Shown: one piece after another, positions 1 to 9,672 of the stretch | How the letters are laid out: each line of letters starts with the position of its first letter | How positions within the stretch are numbered: the stretch's first letter is position 1 | Assembly (NCBI GenBank): GCA_050633305.1 | Contig: JBOEGF010000006.1 | Span: 1 to 64,000, forward strand | Reading direction: 5' to 3' | Origin: Nannocystales bacterium | GTDB taxonomy: Bacteria > Myxococcota_A > Polyangia > Nannocystales > Nannocystaceae | Length of the DNA stretch: 64,000 nt | Position numbers and translations under genes: made by a program | Notes under the pieces: generated by a model | Told to the model about the DNA's origin: nothing | What the model saw: the letters and a program-made list of their open reading frames with translations, nothing else | The model's database searches: none

Positions 1-285
1 AAGAAGACTGCGTCCAAGAAGGCTGCCGCCAAGAAGACTGCGTCCAAGAAGACTGCAGCCAAGAAGACTGCAGCCAAGAAGACTGCAGCCACGAAGACTG
101 CAGCCAAGAAGACCGCGTCCAAGAAGACTGCAGCCACGAAGCCCGCGGCCAAGAAAACCCCGTCCAAGAAAACCGCAGCCACGAAGCCCGCGGCCAAGAA
201 AACCGCGTCCAAGAAAACCGCAGCCACGAAGCCCGCGGCCAAGAAGACTGCAGCCAAGAAGACCGCGACTACGAAACCCGCGACC
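1..285 (+). repeat. Degenerate 15-bp coding tandem repeat (aagaagactgcagcc-like) encoding [15 protein letters not shown] pentapeptides
   Basis: About 18-19 consecutive pentapeptide units read directly from the sequence. Confidence 0.9.
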
Positions 286-954
286 GAAGAGGCGGCGGCT
301 CCAGCGGAGGCTTCGCAAGCCAAGAAACCGCAGGCAGCGCAGCTGGAGTTCCCGGCCGCCGCAACGCCGGCCTCGGTGCCCGAAGCTGCGACGCCCGCGG
401 TTCCCTCGACCCCGGACGCCGCAGACGCGAGCGAGGCAGCCGCGAACGATGGCGAGACGAATGCCAAGCCCCAGGCGCCCGTGGCTCCGGGGAGCACCTC
501 GAAGCTCACCGTCGGCGACGAAGCGCCGGCGTTCTCCCTGGAGGGGTCCGACGGCAAGACACACACCTTGGACGGCCTCAAGGGGCAGCGCTTCGTGCTG
601 TACTTCTACCCGCGGGACAACACCCCCGGGTGTACGCAGGAGGCCTGTGACTTCAGAGATCTGCTCGGCGACCTCGGCCTGCCCGTCTTCGGCGTCAGCG
701 GCGACAGCCTCAAGAGCCACGGGCGATTTGCCGACAAGTACGCGCTGAACTTCCCCTTGCTCAGCGACCCGGAACGCGCGGTCGCCGACGCGTACGGCGC
801 GCTGGGCGAAAAGTCGATGTACGGTCGCAAAGTCATCGGGATCATTCGCAGCACATTCGTCATCGATGGCGAAGGACGGGTAGAAACGGTGTTCTCTCCG
901 GTTCGCGTGAAGGGGCACGTGGCCGCTGTGGCGCAGGCGCTCGGCGCAGGCTGA
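1..954 (+). CDS. bcp: BCP/PrxQ peroxiredoxin with a long Lys/Ala-rich histone-H1-like N-terminal extension (5' end outside the window)
   Basis: Frame 1 is open from base 1 ([20 protein letters not shown]...) into ORF 376..954. C-terminal domain has [19 protein letters not shown] (CxxxxC) and RSTFVID. Confidence 0.88.
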   Translation, partial: KKTASKKAAAKKTASKKTAAKKTAAKKTAATKTAAKKTASKKTAATKPAAKKTPSKKTAATKPAAKKTASKKTAATKPAAKKTAAKKTATTKPATEEAAAPAEASQAKKPQAAQLEFPAAATPASVPEAATPAVPSTPDAADASEAAANDGETNAKPQAPVAPGSTSKLTVGDEAPAFSLEGSDGKTHTLDGLKGQRFVLYFYPRDNTPGCTQEACDFRDLLGDLGLPVFGVSGDSLKSHGRFADKYALNFPLLSDPERAVADAYGALGEKSMYGRKVIGIIRSTFVIDGEGRVETVFSPVRVKGHVAAVAQALGAG

Positions 955-984
955 GGCCGCGTCCCTACCGCGAGACGACGGGGT

Positions 985-1665
985 ATGCTTCCGGTCATGG
1001 GCCGGAGGCCATCGTGGCTGAACTTGCGGGCGATCCCCGACGGCCCTCGTACGCTTCGAGTACGAGGGGCCGAAGTCCGTGGAGCGTTCGTCGAGCACGG
1101 GGCCCACGAAGCGGCCCGGCTTCGACTCGCGATCCGAGAATCACTCGTGGTCGGCGAGGCCGTCTCCCTGGAGATTAGCTTTGGCCCACTGGTCGACGAA
1201 GTCACCGTAGACGCTTCGGTCGCCTCGATCGAAGTGGATGCGGAGGGAGGGACTGCACAAGTGGTCGTGTCCATCGCTCTGGACGAGCTTGGGCGCACCA
1301 CTTACGTACGCGAGGTGCTGACCGGCACCCGAGACGCGTCCACGAGACGACACCGCAGGGTCCCGGTGGACATCGAAGTCCGGTGGACGTGGAACGGGAG
1401 CCGCTACGCCTCTCGCGCCCGAGACCTCAGCCGTGGCGGCGCGTTCATCGAGAGCCGGGTCCTGCCGGCCATCGGTTCCAAGGTCGACGTTGAACTCCGC
1501 TTGCCCGACGAGCCCGCTACGCTGGCCCTCGACGGGGAGGTGGCCTGGCAGCGCACCCGAACGGGTTCCTTGGGTTTCGGCGTGTGTTTCAAGCTGCCCG
1601 ACCGAGGCGTCGCGGCCCAGTTGCAAGACGCGGTGCGAGAGTGCGAGATCACCTTCGGCACCTAG
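985..1665 (+). CDS. PilZ-domain protein
   Basis: RRHRR (RxxxR) and DLSRGG (D/NxSxxG) motifs, followed by GEVAW...GFGVCF. Confidence 0.8.
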   Translation: MLPVMGRRPSWLNLRAIPDGPRTLRVRGAEVRGAFVEHGAHEAARLRLAIRESLVVGEAVSLEISFGPLVDEVTVDASVASIEVDAEGGTAQVVVSIALDELGRTTYVREVLTGTRDASTRRHRRVPVDIEVRWTWNGSRYASRARDLSRGGAFIESRVLPAIGSKVDVELRLPDEPATLALDGEVAWQRTRTGSLGFGVCFKLPDRGVAAQLQDAVRECEITFGT

Positions 1666-1671
1666 CGCGGC

Positions 1672-2649
1672 ATGCTCGTCTCACTTTCATTGGCCTCGGC
1701 CCTGCTCTCCCTCGCTCCGGCGGCGCCGACCGAGAAAGCGGGGTACTGGCTCAGCGTCGACCTCATCGGCCGCGCCGCGGCACGCTCCGAAGCCGCGTTC
1801 TCCATGAGCGCCGACACAGCCCCCCGCTCGCCCCGCGATGGACGGCTACCGGGACAGGCGGTCGGACACGTCTCGGACATTCACGCGGTGGTCGTCTGGA
1901 TCGAGCGCCATGCATTCGGTACGGCGACGCCTGCCCTGCCCTTCGATCCGGCGATGCTGCATCAGACGGCGGCGCCCGGCATCGCCGGAACGCTTCGCGA
2001 CACGTTTGGCGTTCAACTGCGTGCTGTGGTCGTCACCGGCGCGACCGCGGCTGGGGACCGTAGAGCGATCGAGTGGCCCACCGACGCGACTCGGATCATG
2101 CCTCCAGCGACAACCTGGCACGTCGCCGCACTCCTGCCCGACGCGGCTCCGTTGTTTGCCGCGCCAGCCGTACGCGTCCCTCCAGCCTCCGAACGGTTCG
2201 CACTCGCGCGCAGGCGCGGGGATGTGTTCGTCGTCGGCATGGTGGATCGCTGCGAGCAGGTCCCGCAGCGTCATTGCACCCGCTGGGTGCAAGCCGTCAT
2301 CCGTGACGGGGACCGCTTTGTGCCCGGCTACCTTCCGGCAGCCCAAGTCGCGCTCCGGTCTCGCTGGGTCTCCAGCACCCCCGAGCACCTCCCACGCGCC
2401 GCGTTGCTTCGGGTCGGAGTTCGCGGAGACGACGCTCAGTTTCTGCTCGTGGCCCGAGACGCCGCCGGAGCCTTGCACCGAAAGACGATCGACGCGCCAC
2501 TCCAGGAGGGCACTGCGGGCGCCGGGTTCCCGGACGTCAAACTCACCGTCGATGGCGCCCAGGCCACGGTGTCGCAGGGCGGCCAGGTCCAGGTGTTCGA
2601 GCTCGACGGCACACTCGACGCACGCCCTCTCCCTCCCGAAGCCGGCTGA
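1672..2649 (+). CDS. Secreted hypothetical protein
   Basis: Signal-peptide-like N-terminus (MLVSLSLASALLSLAPAA); starts 6 bp after the PilZ gene. Confidence 0.6.
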   Translation: MLVSLSLASALLSLAPAAPTEKAGYWLSVDLIGRAAARSEAAFSMSADTAPRSPRDGRLPGQAVGHVSDIHAVVVWIERHAFGTATPALPFDPAMLHQTAAPGIAGTLRDTFGVQLRAVVVTGATAAGDRRAIEWPTDATRIMPPATTWHVAALLPDAAPLFAAPAVRVPPASERFALARRRGDVFVVGMVDRCEQVPQRHCTRWVQAVIRDGDRFVPGYLPAAQVALRSRWVSSTPEHLPRAALLRVGVRGDDAQFLLVARDAAGALHRKTIDAPLQEGTAGAGFPDVKLTVDGAQATVSQGGQVQVFELDGTLDARPLPPEAG

Positions 2650-2702
2650 ACACACGCCGCCGGCTTCGGCTCACCGAGGGGGGCGACGGGAACAGCCAGT
2701 CC

Positions 2703-2729
2703 CGTCCGGTCCGGTCCGGTCCGGTCCGG
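2703..2729. repeat. (CCGGT)n simple repeat between convergent genes
   Basis: About five ccggt units visible. Confidence 0.7.
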
Positions 2730-2746
2730 GATGACCACCAACCGCA

Positions 2747-4003
2747 CTACGGCAACGCGGCGAAGGTCTGAGGTTCTTCGGCGCCGACGAGTTCGAGCCC
2801 GTAGAGGACCCCCCGGTTCGACGTTGCGTAGACCCGCTGCAACACCGAGTCGAAGACCGGGACACTCGAGATTCCGCTGCCGGGGTCCAGGCGCGCGAGG
2901 AGTTCGCCAGTGGCGCGATCGAGTGCAAGCAAACCGGACTCGTTGTGTGCGACGTACACGGTGTCGTCGATCACCAACGGGGAACTGAGTACCCCCGGGT
3001 CGACTTGCGTGCGCCAGAGCAGCTGACCGCTCCGGTCGAGCGAGAAGACGCCTTCGAGGGAGGACGAGCCGACGAGGTCACTCCCGGCAACCCACGCGAG
3101 GTCCCCCGCAGCGCGAACGTCGAAGCGCCACCGCTGAGATCCATCCTCGGCATCAAGCGCATACACCCCGGTCTGCTGACCAGCGACAAACAGACGACCA
3201 GACGATTCGTCGAGGAGCGGCGTCGAGTCGCAATCGGCGAAGTCTCCGCCCTCGGGCGGCGCCACGGAAGCGAGCCACAGGGCCTCGCCTGATCCCGCGT
3301 CGAGGGCCACGACCTTCCCGTTGCCGAACCCGGTGTACAACCGCCCACCATCGCTGCTGGGTTGGTACGTGAGCCCCGCGTAGCCCGAGACCGTGAACCC
3401 GGGCTGCAGCGGTTGCTCGTACTGCCAGCGCCAAGCTCCCGTCCTCAAGTCGAGTCCGAACACCTGCTCGCGAGAGTTCGCGATGTACGCAACGCCCTCG
3501 GCGACGACAGGCTTGCGACGCACCTTGCCGTCCGTGGAGTACCGCCACAGCTCCTTGCGGGTCCGAAGGTCGACCGCGATCTCGTCTCCGTTGTCGGTCC
3601 CGACGAGAAGAAGGTCTTTGGGGGCGTTGGGGTCGGCAGCGGCGGTCCCGGCTTCCGCTTCGGCCTCGGAGTCCCGAGGGAGATCGACCAGGATCGGTGA
3701 ACTCGCCACAGCTCCCCCAAGAGAGAGTTCCCAGAGGAACTCACCGGTGAGCATGTCCAGGGCAAGCAAGGTCCCCTCGCGACTGCCCACGTAGAGCAGC
3801 TGCCGAGGGTGGTCGATCGCAACGGTCCCAAACTCATCGGGCCGCATGACGAAGTTGTCGGGGACGGTGACCTGCTGGGTCATCGCCACGCGGAACACCG
3901 CACGAGCAGCGTCGCTCCCCTCGGCATGGATCATCTCCACGCGACCGGTCGGCCCACAGCCCACGGACAACGCGACACACGCAGCAAGCAACAACCGCGA
4001 CAC
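2747..4003 (-). CDS. PQQ-like beta-propeller lipoprotein (BamB-like)
   Basis: Lipobox LSVGC; repeated ALDxxTGxxxW blades; directly downstream of a YfgM-like gene. Confidence 0.8.
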   Translation of the reverse strand: MSRLLLAACVALSVGCGPTGRVEMIHAEGSDAARAVFRVAMTQQVTVPDNFVMRPDEFGTVAIDHPRQLLYVGSREGTLLALDMLTGEFLWELSLGGAVASSPILVDLPRDSEAEAEAGTAAADPNAPKDLLLVGTDNGDEIAVDLRTRKELWRYSTDGKVRRKPVVAEGVAYIANSREQVFGLDLRTGAWRWQYEQPLQPGFTVSGYAGLTYQPSSDGGRLYTGFGNGKVVALDAGSGEALWLASVAPPEGGDFADCDSTPLLDESSGRLFVAGQQTGVYALDAEDGSQRWRFDVRAAGDLAWVAGSDLVGSSSLEGVFSLDRSGQLLWRTQVDPGVLSSPLVIDDTVYVAHNESGLLALDRATGELLARLDPGSGISSVPVFDSVLQRVYATSNRGVLYGLELVGAEEPQTFAALP

Positions 4004-4005
4004 GC

Positions 4006-4971
4006 TCAGCCTCCCAGTCCCGGCGGCAAGCCCAAGCCGCCAAGCCCGGCAGCGTTCTTCTTGGCTTCGTCCGGCACGAGGTCGGGAGCGAGTTCCTCGA
4101 GTCGGGCGACGACGGCATCACGCGCGAGCGAGTCCTGGTCGAGCGGATATTCTTCGACGTAGGCTTTGTAGGTCGTCAGTGCCTCGTCGGCCTTGCCTTG
4201 TCCCTCCAGCATCCGCGCTTTGTGGAACAGGGCTTGGTCTCGGTAGAAGACGCCGGCCTCGGGAGCCATCGTGTCGAGCTGAGCGAGGGCCGCATCGACG
4301 TCTCCGGCCGCTTCCATCGACAGGGCCAGGCCTTCGTGCGCGAGGAAGGCGAGCGGGTGGTCTGCCTGCGCCTGCAGGAACGACTCGTAGCTCGCCTTCG
4401 CGTCGGAGAACTTGCCGCCCTGCATGTGACGCGCAGCCTCGACCAGCGTCCCTGCGATCGCCGCGTCAGTATCGCTCATCTTGCTGCTGAGCTCGGCGAG
4501 CGTGTCATCGATCGCCTTGGCGCGGGCGCCCTCGTCTGCGAACACGGGGTTGGGCGGTGGGAGCTTCCGGTCGTCGAACTCGCCCGTCGCGTCGATGCGC
4601 GCACGGGAGCTGGCTGCGGTGGCCGAGGCGAGCACACGGGTCGCCGTCGCGGCATCTTCCGCGACCTTGCCGCGGTACCAAACGATGCCTGCGATGATGC
4701 CCGCGACCACCACGATGGCGCCGATCACCACGGGGGCCTGGGTGAGCGCCGTCTTGCCGGCCTTTCGGACTCCCGCCTGGAAGCCGTCCTGCTCCTCGCC
4801 CTTGACCTGCTTGCGTTTGACACGAGCGCGGTTCCACTTGGGAAGGTCCATGCGCTCGCCCTTGGGCTCGCCGCCGCCGGACTCGTCGGAGGATCCGGAC
4901 GCGTCGGTGGAACCGCCACTGGCGTCGCCGGCGGTCGCCTCGTCCTCGGGGCGTTCGTCCTTGTCGCTCAC
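4006..4971 (-). CDS. Membrane-anchored TPR protein (YfgM-like)
   Basis: Single transmembrane segment (VVIGAIVVVAGIIAGIVWY) followed by TPR-like helices; adjacent to the BamB-like gene. GTG start estimated. Confidence 0.7.
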   Translation of the reverse strand: MSDKDERPEDEATAGDASGGSTDASGSSDESGGGEPKGERMDLPKWNRARVKRKQVKGEEQDGFQAGVRKAGKTALTQAPVVIGAIVVVAGIIAGIVWYRGKVAEDAATATRVLASATAASSRARIDATGEFDDRKLPPPNPVFADEGARAKAIDDTLAELSSKMSDTDAAIAGTLVEAARHMQGGKFSDAKASYESFLQAQADHPLAFLAHEGLALSMEAAGDVDAALAQLDTMAPEAGVFYRDQALFHKARMLEGQGKADEALTTYKAYVEEYPLDQDSLARDAVVARLEELAPDLVPDEAKKNAAGLGGLGLPPGLGG

Positions 4972-5070
4972 GATTGGGCCTGCATACCCAAGCCGCCTGC
5001 CCCTGTCCACCAGAGCGGTGCGAAAGACGCGTGCCTCGTGGGCCTGCGCACCTGCGGTATAACCGAATCC

Positions 5071-5880
5071 GTGTCTCGTCCCCGTGTGATCGCCGCGCGC
5101 CTGTTGGGGCTAGCGACGGCGTTGGGCGTGTCCACGACCCATGCAGCGCCGCCGGACCCGCTCCAGCCACCTCGCAGGGATCCCAACGAGGCGCCGTTCA
5201 TGGCGTCCAAACACGGCGGCGCATCGCCCACCGGGACCCGCACCTATGACGCCGATCATGGCCCGCGCTGGGGGCACCGGGATCGAGTCAGGCTGACCCT
5301 CTCCCCACTGTTCGCGTCACTGCGCACCCCCCTCAATGGGCGGTCGAGCTCCGCCCTCGATCCGCACCGCGGCGCCGGGGCGCAGTTCGATGTGGACGTG
5401 CCCATCTGGCGTCCGATCTGGCTGCGCCTGAGCGGTGCCTACTCGGGACACCGCCTGCCCGCCGCCTCCGCCCGGAACGAGGACGACGTCTTCGAGCCCA
5501 CCGCCGCCGCCGGCACCCTACACATCGGACACGCCGCAGCTGCCCTGCTCTACGCCATGGACCGCGGACGGCTGCAGCCCATGCTCGAAGTCGGCGTCGG
5601 ACCGATGTGGGTGCGCACGCCCAAGGGGGTCGTGGACGGACAACCCGGACAGGCCTGTCTGGGTGGGACGACCTGCGAGATCGGATTGAGCTGCGATGTC
5701 GAAGCGAACGTCTGCCGGCCTGCGACCACGTTCGTCGTCCACGGTGGCGTCTCCCTCGATGTCGAGGTGACCCGCCGCACCTCGATCGGCCTGGGGCTCC
5801 GCTATTTCGCGCTGCTGTCCAACCCGCAGGTCTACCCGGTCTATCTGACCGCGGCGCTTCGTCTCGGCCTTCGATTCTAA
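5071..5880 (+). CDS. Small outer-membrane beta-barrel protein with a Cys-rich loop
   Basis: Signal peptide, amphipathic strands, C-terminal LRLGLRF; four-Cys loop CLGGTTCEIGLSCDVEANVC. Start estimated. Confidence 0.6.
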   Translation: MSRPRVIAARLLGLATALGVSTTHAAPPDPLQPPRRDPNEAPFMASKHGGASPTGTRTYDADHGPRWGHRDRVRLTLSPLFASLRTPLNGRSSSALDPHRGAGAQFDVDVPIWRPIWLRLSGAYSGHRLPAASARNEDDVFEPTAAAGTLHIGHAAAALLYAMDRGRLQPMLEVGVGPMWVRTPKGVVDGQPGQACLGGTTCEIGLSCDVEANVCRPATTFVVHGGVSLDVEVTRRTSIGLGLRYFALLSNPQVYPVYLTAALRLGLRF

Positions 5881-5976
5881 CCCCGCGCCTTGCACGGGCA
5901 CGCGCGCGCTCGAACCACGCAGAACGCCCGACTGCCGAAGCAGCCGAGCGTCGTCCGTGGCCGTGGTCGGTCCGGT

Positions 5977-7656
5977 CTAGGCGGGGAGTCCCGGGCAGTC
6001 GACGAGCTTGTTCGACGACAGCTGGCACGTCGCGCTGATCTGAGCGCCACCTGGAGCCGGGACACCTTCGCGCCGGTTCACGCGGAACTCGAGGTTCCAG
6101 CCAGCCTCGATGCATGCGGGATCCATGTCGTCGTCCTCACTATCCGTCGAACCGTCCTGGTCAACCAGGTTCACGAAGCAGAGGTCAGCCCCTTCGGGAA
6201 CGGAGCCGTCCGCACCACACTCCGGGACGTTGTCTTCCTCGGTGCCACTTCCATCGTTGTAGGTCTGCGTCAGCGTGCACAGAGGCTGCAGTCCTTCCTC
6301 GATGTCATTGTCCGCCACACACTCGGGCATGCAGGCAGGCTTGAGCTGGTCGCGAATCGACTCCGCGATGGATTCGAGGGCCGGGCCATAGTCCGTGCTG
6401 CAGACCGAGAACAGGTTGTTGTCATCCTCCCCGACGAGGAAAGTCTCGGCGAACTCGCGAAGTCGGACCGGTGGGACCGCCTCAGCGACCTCGCTGGAGC
6501 ACCCCTGCCCGATGCCGAACTTGGCCTGGAAGCTGTCAGGGTTGGTCGCATCCGGACCCTCCGCGTAGCTGAGCAGCTGAATGTCGGGGTAGTTCTCCGG
6601 AACACCCGCGATGGCGGACACGATGACTTCCTGCCCGGGGTTGCGCTCCTTCTTGTCCCGCTCGATGTCCTCGACGAACGTTGTGTACTTGGACAGTGGG
6701 TACAGCGACGCCAAGTCATCGTCGCTGGTTTCGTTGCCATCAACGTCGAGGTTGATCGAGGTGCACTGATCCGACTCGAGACTGAAGTCGCAGCTCACGC
6801 CTGCGTTCCAACACACCGCCGAGGTGGGCGACTGCTGAACGTCGGGGAGCGACCAGAAAGCCTGGTTTCCGACTCCGTCTTCACCGAACACGGTGTTTTG
6901 GAGTTCCCGGTTGAACGAGCAGTCGGCCTCGTCCGTCACGAACACGATGGACAAAATCGCGTTGTCGCGCAGAAAGCCCGACTGGTTCTGCTCACCCATG
7001 CGGGCGAGTCGAAGTGCCTTCCACATGGACTCGAGGTGCGACTCGAAACCGCAGCCGTTGATGCCCTGAGGTCCAAAACACTGCAGCGCCTGCGTCGTGG
7101 TGACGCCGTCGGGCAGGTTCGTCGCGCCCTCGATGTTCTCCAACCACGGGCGAGCGGACGGGTTCGGGTCGTCGTCGGTCGTCGTCGGCTGGATCTCGAT
7201 GCTCTCGAGATCGCAGAAGTCGGTGCACGCAGCCTCGGCGTCCGTGTCGTCACCGGAGAAGTAGAAGTCGCCCAACCGAGAGCGGCAGCTCGAGAGCACG
7301 AACTGACCGGACTCCGCGTTCGAGACGCCGGCCCCCTTGCACCAGTAGTTACTGTCGTCCGTCGTCGTAATGCCAAGGCGGTAGTTCGCCTTCACATCAT
7401 CCGCTTCCAACACACTGACGAACTGGCCGAAGTTCTCCGACAAGTTCGCCTGCTCTTCACCCATGGAGCCAGAGTTGTCGACGACGAACAGGATGTCGAC
7501 GTCCTTGTTGACCTCGATCTGGATGCCAGCCATGTCCTCCTGAGTTGCGTCGTACTCGACCCGCTTCAGCGGGTGATCCAGGCAGGCCAGGAGCGTGGGG
7601 AGGGCGACGGTGGTCGCGGTCAACAGGCTGAGGCGGGCAATGAGAGAAGCGCGCAT
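5977..7656 (-). CDS. Cys-rich VWA-domain lipoprotein
   Basis: Lipobox LLAC; MIDAS-like DILFVVDNSGSM; FLRDNAIL...VTDEADCS. Confidence 0.8.
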   Translation of the reverse strand: MRASLIARLSLLTATTVALPTLLACLDHPLKRVEYDATQEDMAGIQIEVNKDVDILFVVDNSGSMGEEQANLSENFGQFVSVLEADDVKANYRLGITTTDDSNYWCKGAGVSNAESGQFVLSSCRSRLGDFYFSGDDTDAEAACTDFCDLESIEIQPTTTDDDPNPSARPWLENIEGATNLPDGVTTTQALQCFGPQGINGCGFESHLESMWKALRLARMGEQNQSGFLRDNAILSIVFVTDEADCSFNRELQNTVFGEDGVGNQAFWSLPDVQQSPTSAVCWNAGVSCDFSLESDQCTSINLDVDGNETSDDDLASLYPLSKYTTFVEDIERDKKERNPGQEVIVSAIAGVPENYPDIQLLSYAEGPDATNPDSFQAKFGIGQGCSSEVAEAVPPVRLREFAETFLVGEDDNNLFSVCSTDYGPALESIAESIRDQLKPACMPECVADNDIEEGLQPLCTLTQTYNDGSGTEEDNVPECGADGSVPEGADLCFVNLVDQDGSTDSEDDDMDPACIEAGWNLEFRVNRREGVPAPGGAQISATCQLSSNKLVDCPGLPA

Positions 7657-7894
7657 GGTCGGGGTCCTTAGTCAGTCGGTCGATACGGTCGGGTGAGAGG
7701 GCGGACTCGCGCCGTCCGGTGGTGGGACAGCGCTTCGGCCACGGGGCTGAACCCCGGACCGCATCTTGTGCAGGAGACTCTATAGCAAGCGAGGGGCCAG
7801 GGAAACCCACGTGGAAACGGCGACTTGGAATCCCCTCACCCGCTGCACGCCAACTATATTGGCAAACTCAGATGGCACCAAGACAACGATGTTG

Positions 7895-9475
7895 TCATTG
7901 CTGAGTCCACGGGCATTCCACGGGCTCGTTCTCGGAAATACTGCAGGTGGCTGAAATCGCGCTCCCTGGCACACGTGGGACCCCTGCCCGAAACAGCGGT
8001 TTGAACTCCGCTCCCGCCCGCGCTTCGATGCAATCGTCGTCTCGTTCTGCGTCGATCGCGACGTGGACACACGCGTCCTCTCCCGCGGGGATCCTCGCAG
8101 ATCCATCCTCGGCGATCTCGCAAGTGGAGATGGGCTGCTTGCCTGCCCCGGGTACGCGTTGGGAGAAGACGCAGTCGTTGTTCACGCCGCCGGCGAGGCA
8201 CGTGTCGACACACGCGGGCTCGAAACTCGCGATCAGGGCCTCGGTCGCCGACTTGAGCGCGGGCCGGTAGCTCTGAGCACAGACCGAGCTGACGTTGGTC
8301 CCGGTGTCCGGCGCGAATGCCTCGGCGAGTTCCAGCAACCGCACCGGCGGAACAGCCTCTCCGAACGCGCTCTCACAACCCGCGTCCACGCCGAAGTCCT
8401 CGGAGAACGGGCTCTCCGCCGAGTAACGCACCGGGATCTCGGGATACCCGGTCGGGACACCCGCGACCACAGAGACCATGACCTCGAGATCCGGGATGCC
8501 CGACGCCTCGCGCTTGCGGGTCCTGATGTCCTCGAGCAACGCGACATAGTCTTCGACGGGCGTCAGGACCGCTTCGTCCCCGGGGACCGCGTTGCCCTCC
8601 ACATCGAGATTTGCCGATGCACAGTCGAGCGAGCCGTCCTCGTTCGGGGTGCACTGCACGCCCGCATCCCAGCACCCGACGCTCAAACCTTGCCGAAGCT
8701 CGTCGGGCATCGTCCCCTGCGCGGAACAGTCGGCCTCGTCGGTCACGAAGACGACGAGCAGGATCGCATCGTCACGAAGGAAGCCATACTCGGTTTCCGA
8801 GTTCGCACCCGTCCGGGTGAGGGCTCGCTGCATCGCCCGCAGCGGGCCCTCGAATCCACAACCGTTGATCCCCTGCGGCCCCATGCATGCGAACGCCGCT
8901 TCGGTCGACACGCCCTCGGGCAGGTTCTTCGTGCCCAGAACGTTCTCGATCCATGGCCGCGAGACCTCCTCACCACCGAGTTCGATCGATGTCGGGAGGG
9001 TCCGCAAGTCGGCCAGCGATTCGGGGCACAGATCCAGACACGCGCTGTCTCGAGCATCCTCCGCCGGGACAAAGTTGGGCACCGTGACGAAGTCCTCCAG
9101 GCGTGCGCGGCAGCTGCTCGACACGAAGTTTCCGTCTTCGGGCCCGCTCGCGCTACAGGCCCCATCCGCGACGTCAGTCGTCGTGACCGCGATCCGGTAG
9201 TCCGCCGCGACCTCTTCAGCCTCCAGTTCCTCGATCATCGGCGCGAGGTTGGCCGCGAGGTTGGCTTGTTCGGCGGCCATCGACCCCGAGTTGTCGATGA
9301 CGAACAGGATGTCCACGTTCCGCAGCGGGGCGATGTTGACATCGAGAACCGTCTCCGCGGTGCGGGAGAGTTCAACGACCTTCAGCGGGTGCTCGTTGCA
9401 TGCGGCGAGTGCGAGCAGGGCGACCAGCGGAACGAAACGCAGGGGGGACGGTTGCGAACGCATGCAATGGGGCAC
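7895..9475 (-). CDS. Cys-rich VWA-domain lipoprotein, paralogue of 5977..7656
   Basis: Lipobox LAAC; DILFVIDNSGSM; shares GPQGINGCGFE, VFVTDEADCS and EAVPPVRL with its neighbour. Confidence 0.8.
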   Translation of the reverse strand: MPHCMRSQPSPLRFVPLVALLALAACNEHPLKVVELSRTAETVLDVNIAPLRNVDILFVIDNSGSMAAEQANLAANLAPMIEELEAEEVAADYRIAVTTTDVADGACSASGPEDGNFVSSSCRARLEDFVTVPNFVPAEDARDSACLDLCPESLADLRTLPTSIELGGEEVSRPWIENVLGTKNLPEGVSTEAAFACMGPQGINGCGFEGPLRAMQRALTRTGANSETEYGFLRDDAILLVVFVTDEADCSAQGTMPDELRQGLSVGCWDAGVQCTPNEDGSLDCASANLDVEGNAVPGDEAVLTPVEDYVALLEDIRTRKREASGIPDLEVMVSVVAGVPTGYPEIPVRYSAESPFSEDFGVDAGCESAFGEAVPPVRLLELAEAFAPDTGTNVSSVCAQSYRPALKSATEALIASFEPACVDTCLAGGVNNDCVFSQRVPGAGKQPISTCEIAEDGSARIPAGEDACVHVAIDAERDDDCIEARAGAEFKPLFRAGVPRVPGSAISATCSISENEPVECPWTQQ

Positions 9476-9610
9476 TGCGAACGGCCCGCCAGGGTTCCCA
9501 CTCCCATGGTTTCGCGAACCTACGCACGGACGGATCTGGCGAGGCCGTGAACAACGTTGGCGAGGGAGCGCCTGCGGAGGTCAACCCCGTTGACACCTGG
9601 TTTTCAAACG

Positions 9611-9640
9611 AAAACGCCGGGAACTTTTCGGTCCCGGCGT
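9611..9640 (-). terminator. Probable intrinsic terminator after der
   Basis: acgccggga...tcccggcgt stem followed by a T-run on the minus strand. Confidence 0.55.
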
Positions 9641-9672
9641 CGTGATGAGTTCCTGCCCCTCGAGGGCAGGGT

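Noticed and set aside
5890..7671. 593-aa plus-strand ORF
   Set aside because: Antisense shadow of the VWA lipoprotein, typical of high-GC DNA; no motifs.
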